Sequence record: PP886230.1
Length of the DNA stretch: 64,000 nucleotides
Strand: one strand, 5' to 3'
A program made the translations under genes and the position numbers. The notes under the pieces were generated by a model. That model had not been told where the DNA came from and ran no database searches. It saw nothing but the letters and a program-made list of their open reading frames with translations. Positions 63,181-64,000 of the stretch are shown in pieces (the first letter of the stretch is position 1; every line of letters starts with the position of its first letter).

Positions 63181-63558
63181 ATGGCTGCTAATGACGTTAA
63201 AGTAAAAACTATCCAAGCTATCGTAGTACTGAAAGATTCTACACCATCCCCTAAAGAATTAGTAATGGCTGGGATGACTATGTTACATCAATACAACCCT
63301 GAATCACCTAACTATGTTCAAGAATACGAAGCTAAGAAGTTTAAAGAACATTGGCAGTCATGGATTAAAGATAATGAAATGGAGCAGGTAGTATATGCTG
63401 CTGATGACATTTTCGAACTGGAACAAATTGAATATCTAGCTGGTCAACAATCAGTGCCATTGAGCATTTTCGGAAATGGTGAAGAAGTTCTGGTATTGGG
63501 ACCATTCACTGCTGATGATATCATTCACTTACTGAGTAATTGTAAGAAAATTGAATAA
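63181..63558 (+). CDS. Divergent PTH2-fold-like protein
   Basis: IQAIVV...W...EQVVY...VLVLGPFTADDI..LL resembles PTH2 ends, but the QxxHA motif is absent. Confidence 0.35.
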   Translation: MAANDVKVKTIQAIVVLKDSTPSPKELVMAGMTMLHQYNPESPNYVQEYEAKKFKEHWQSWIKDNEMEQVVYAADDIFELEQIEYLAGQQSVPLSIFGNGEEVLVLGPFTADDIIHLLSNCKKIE

Positions 63559-63769
63559 AAATTCAAAACTATCAGGTTACCGTAACAACACGTTGAAGTA
63601 CAATGATATTAAGTACTGGGTTGATCCTTACTTAAATAAATCATTGTTAATGTACAGAGATAAATCACGAGATCTATATGGAATATATGTTACTCAGTTA
63701 ATATATATAATAGATTCCGAACATTTTACTCCATTGGTATACCTGTACTGCTTGTATAATTCAAAATAA
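63551..63769 (+). CDS. Hypothetical protein
   Basis: Overlapping ORF in a packed run; TTG start. Confidence 0.4.
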   Translation: MNKNSKLSGYRNNTLKYNDIKYWVDPYLNKSLLMYRDKSRDLYGIYVTQLIYIIDSEHFTPLVYLYCLYNSK

Positions 63770-63774
63770 CTATT

Positions 63775-63819
63775 AGCACCTCTAAATAATGTATATAAAC
63801 ATTAATGAGGTGCTTTTTT
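63775..63819 (+). promoter_or_regulatory. Hairpin enclosing a late promoter and occluding the neck-gene SD
   Basis: AGCACCTC (63775-82)/GAGGTGCT (63807-14) stem; CTAAATA at 63782-88; T-run follows. Confidence 0.65.
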
Positions 63820-64000
63820 ATGTCTTACGATTATATGGGTGGAAACCCTGATGCTCCTAACTTTGACCATCGTGAAAAACTGAAAGATGTTATCACTCAA
63901 ATGTTGGGTGCTGGGGCCGTTGAGGTAGAAATTACTGATGGTCAATTAGAAATTGCAATTGATAATGCGGTATCGAATTACAGAGCGTGGAGTTCTGCTT
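63820..64000 (+). CDS. Neck protein (T4 gp13-like), 3'-truncated
   Basis: Translates MSYDYMGGNPDAPNFDHREKLKDVITQMLGAGAVEVEITDGQLEIAIDNAV, cf. T4 gp13 [25 protein letters not shown]. Confidence 0.75.
   Translation, partial: MSYDYMGGNPDAPNFDHREKLKDVITQMLGAGAVEVEITDGQLEIAIDNAVSNYRAWSSA

Noticed and set aside
1-64000. Stop-codon reassignment (alternative genetic code)
   Set aside because: Conserved enzymes are full length under the standard code, and TAA, TGA and TAG all end genes at expected positions.

Overview
This is a 64-kb segment of a large, AT-rich (about 31% GC by my sampling) lytic myovirus distantly related to T4. The gene content fits the RaK2/GAP32/PBECO4-type enterobacterial jumbo phages (inference, no database search). 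About 120 tightly packed genes lie on the + strand and one on the - strand; the genetic code is standard, and I found no tRNA, CRISPR array, integrase, intron or intein. Recognisable genes fall into several groups. RNA repair and translation: RNA ligase 1, polynucleotide kinase/phosphatase, CCA-adding enzyme, a Pol-beta/RlaP-type nucleotidyltransferase, HPF, two PTH2-like proteins and a 2H phosphoesterase. DNA and nucleotide metabolism: DNA ligase, dCMP deaminase plus a second deaminase, NrdD/NrdG, glutaredoxin, PIN-PhoH and two metallophosphoesterases. Proteases: ClpP, an exported ClpP-like protein and an HslV-like protease. NAD/ADP-ribose enzymes: Sir2, a NUDT16-like Nudix, a frameshifted NudE and a macrodomain. 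Virion and lysis: three paralogous tail proteins, a GH8-like 929-aa protein, spanins, a LysM-lysozyme and the start of a gp13-like neck gene. Many small paralogous hypothetical genes fill the rest. The most notable unexplained signals are: (1) a ~520-nt, ORF-free, highly structured unit bracketed by a promoter and a terminator at ~49965-50485, with an internal 30-nt direct repeat (candidate large ncRNA); (2) about 7-8-fold over-representation of the palindrome AGTACT across the whole window; (3) an acyl-carrier-protein look-alike whose phosphopantetheine Ser is replaced by Trp; (4) a Nudix protein resembling eukaryotic NUDT16, coupled to a sirtuin. All counts and alignments were done by eye.
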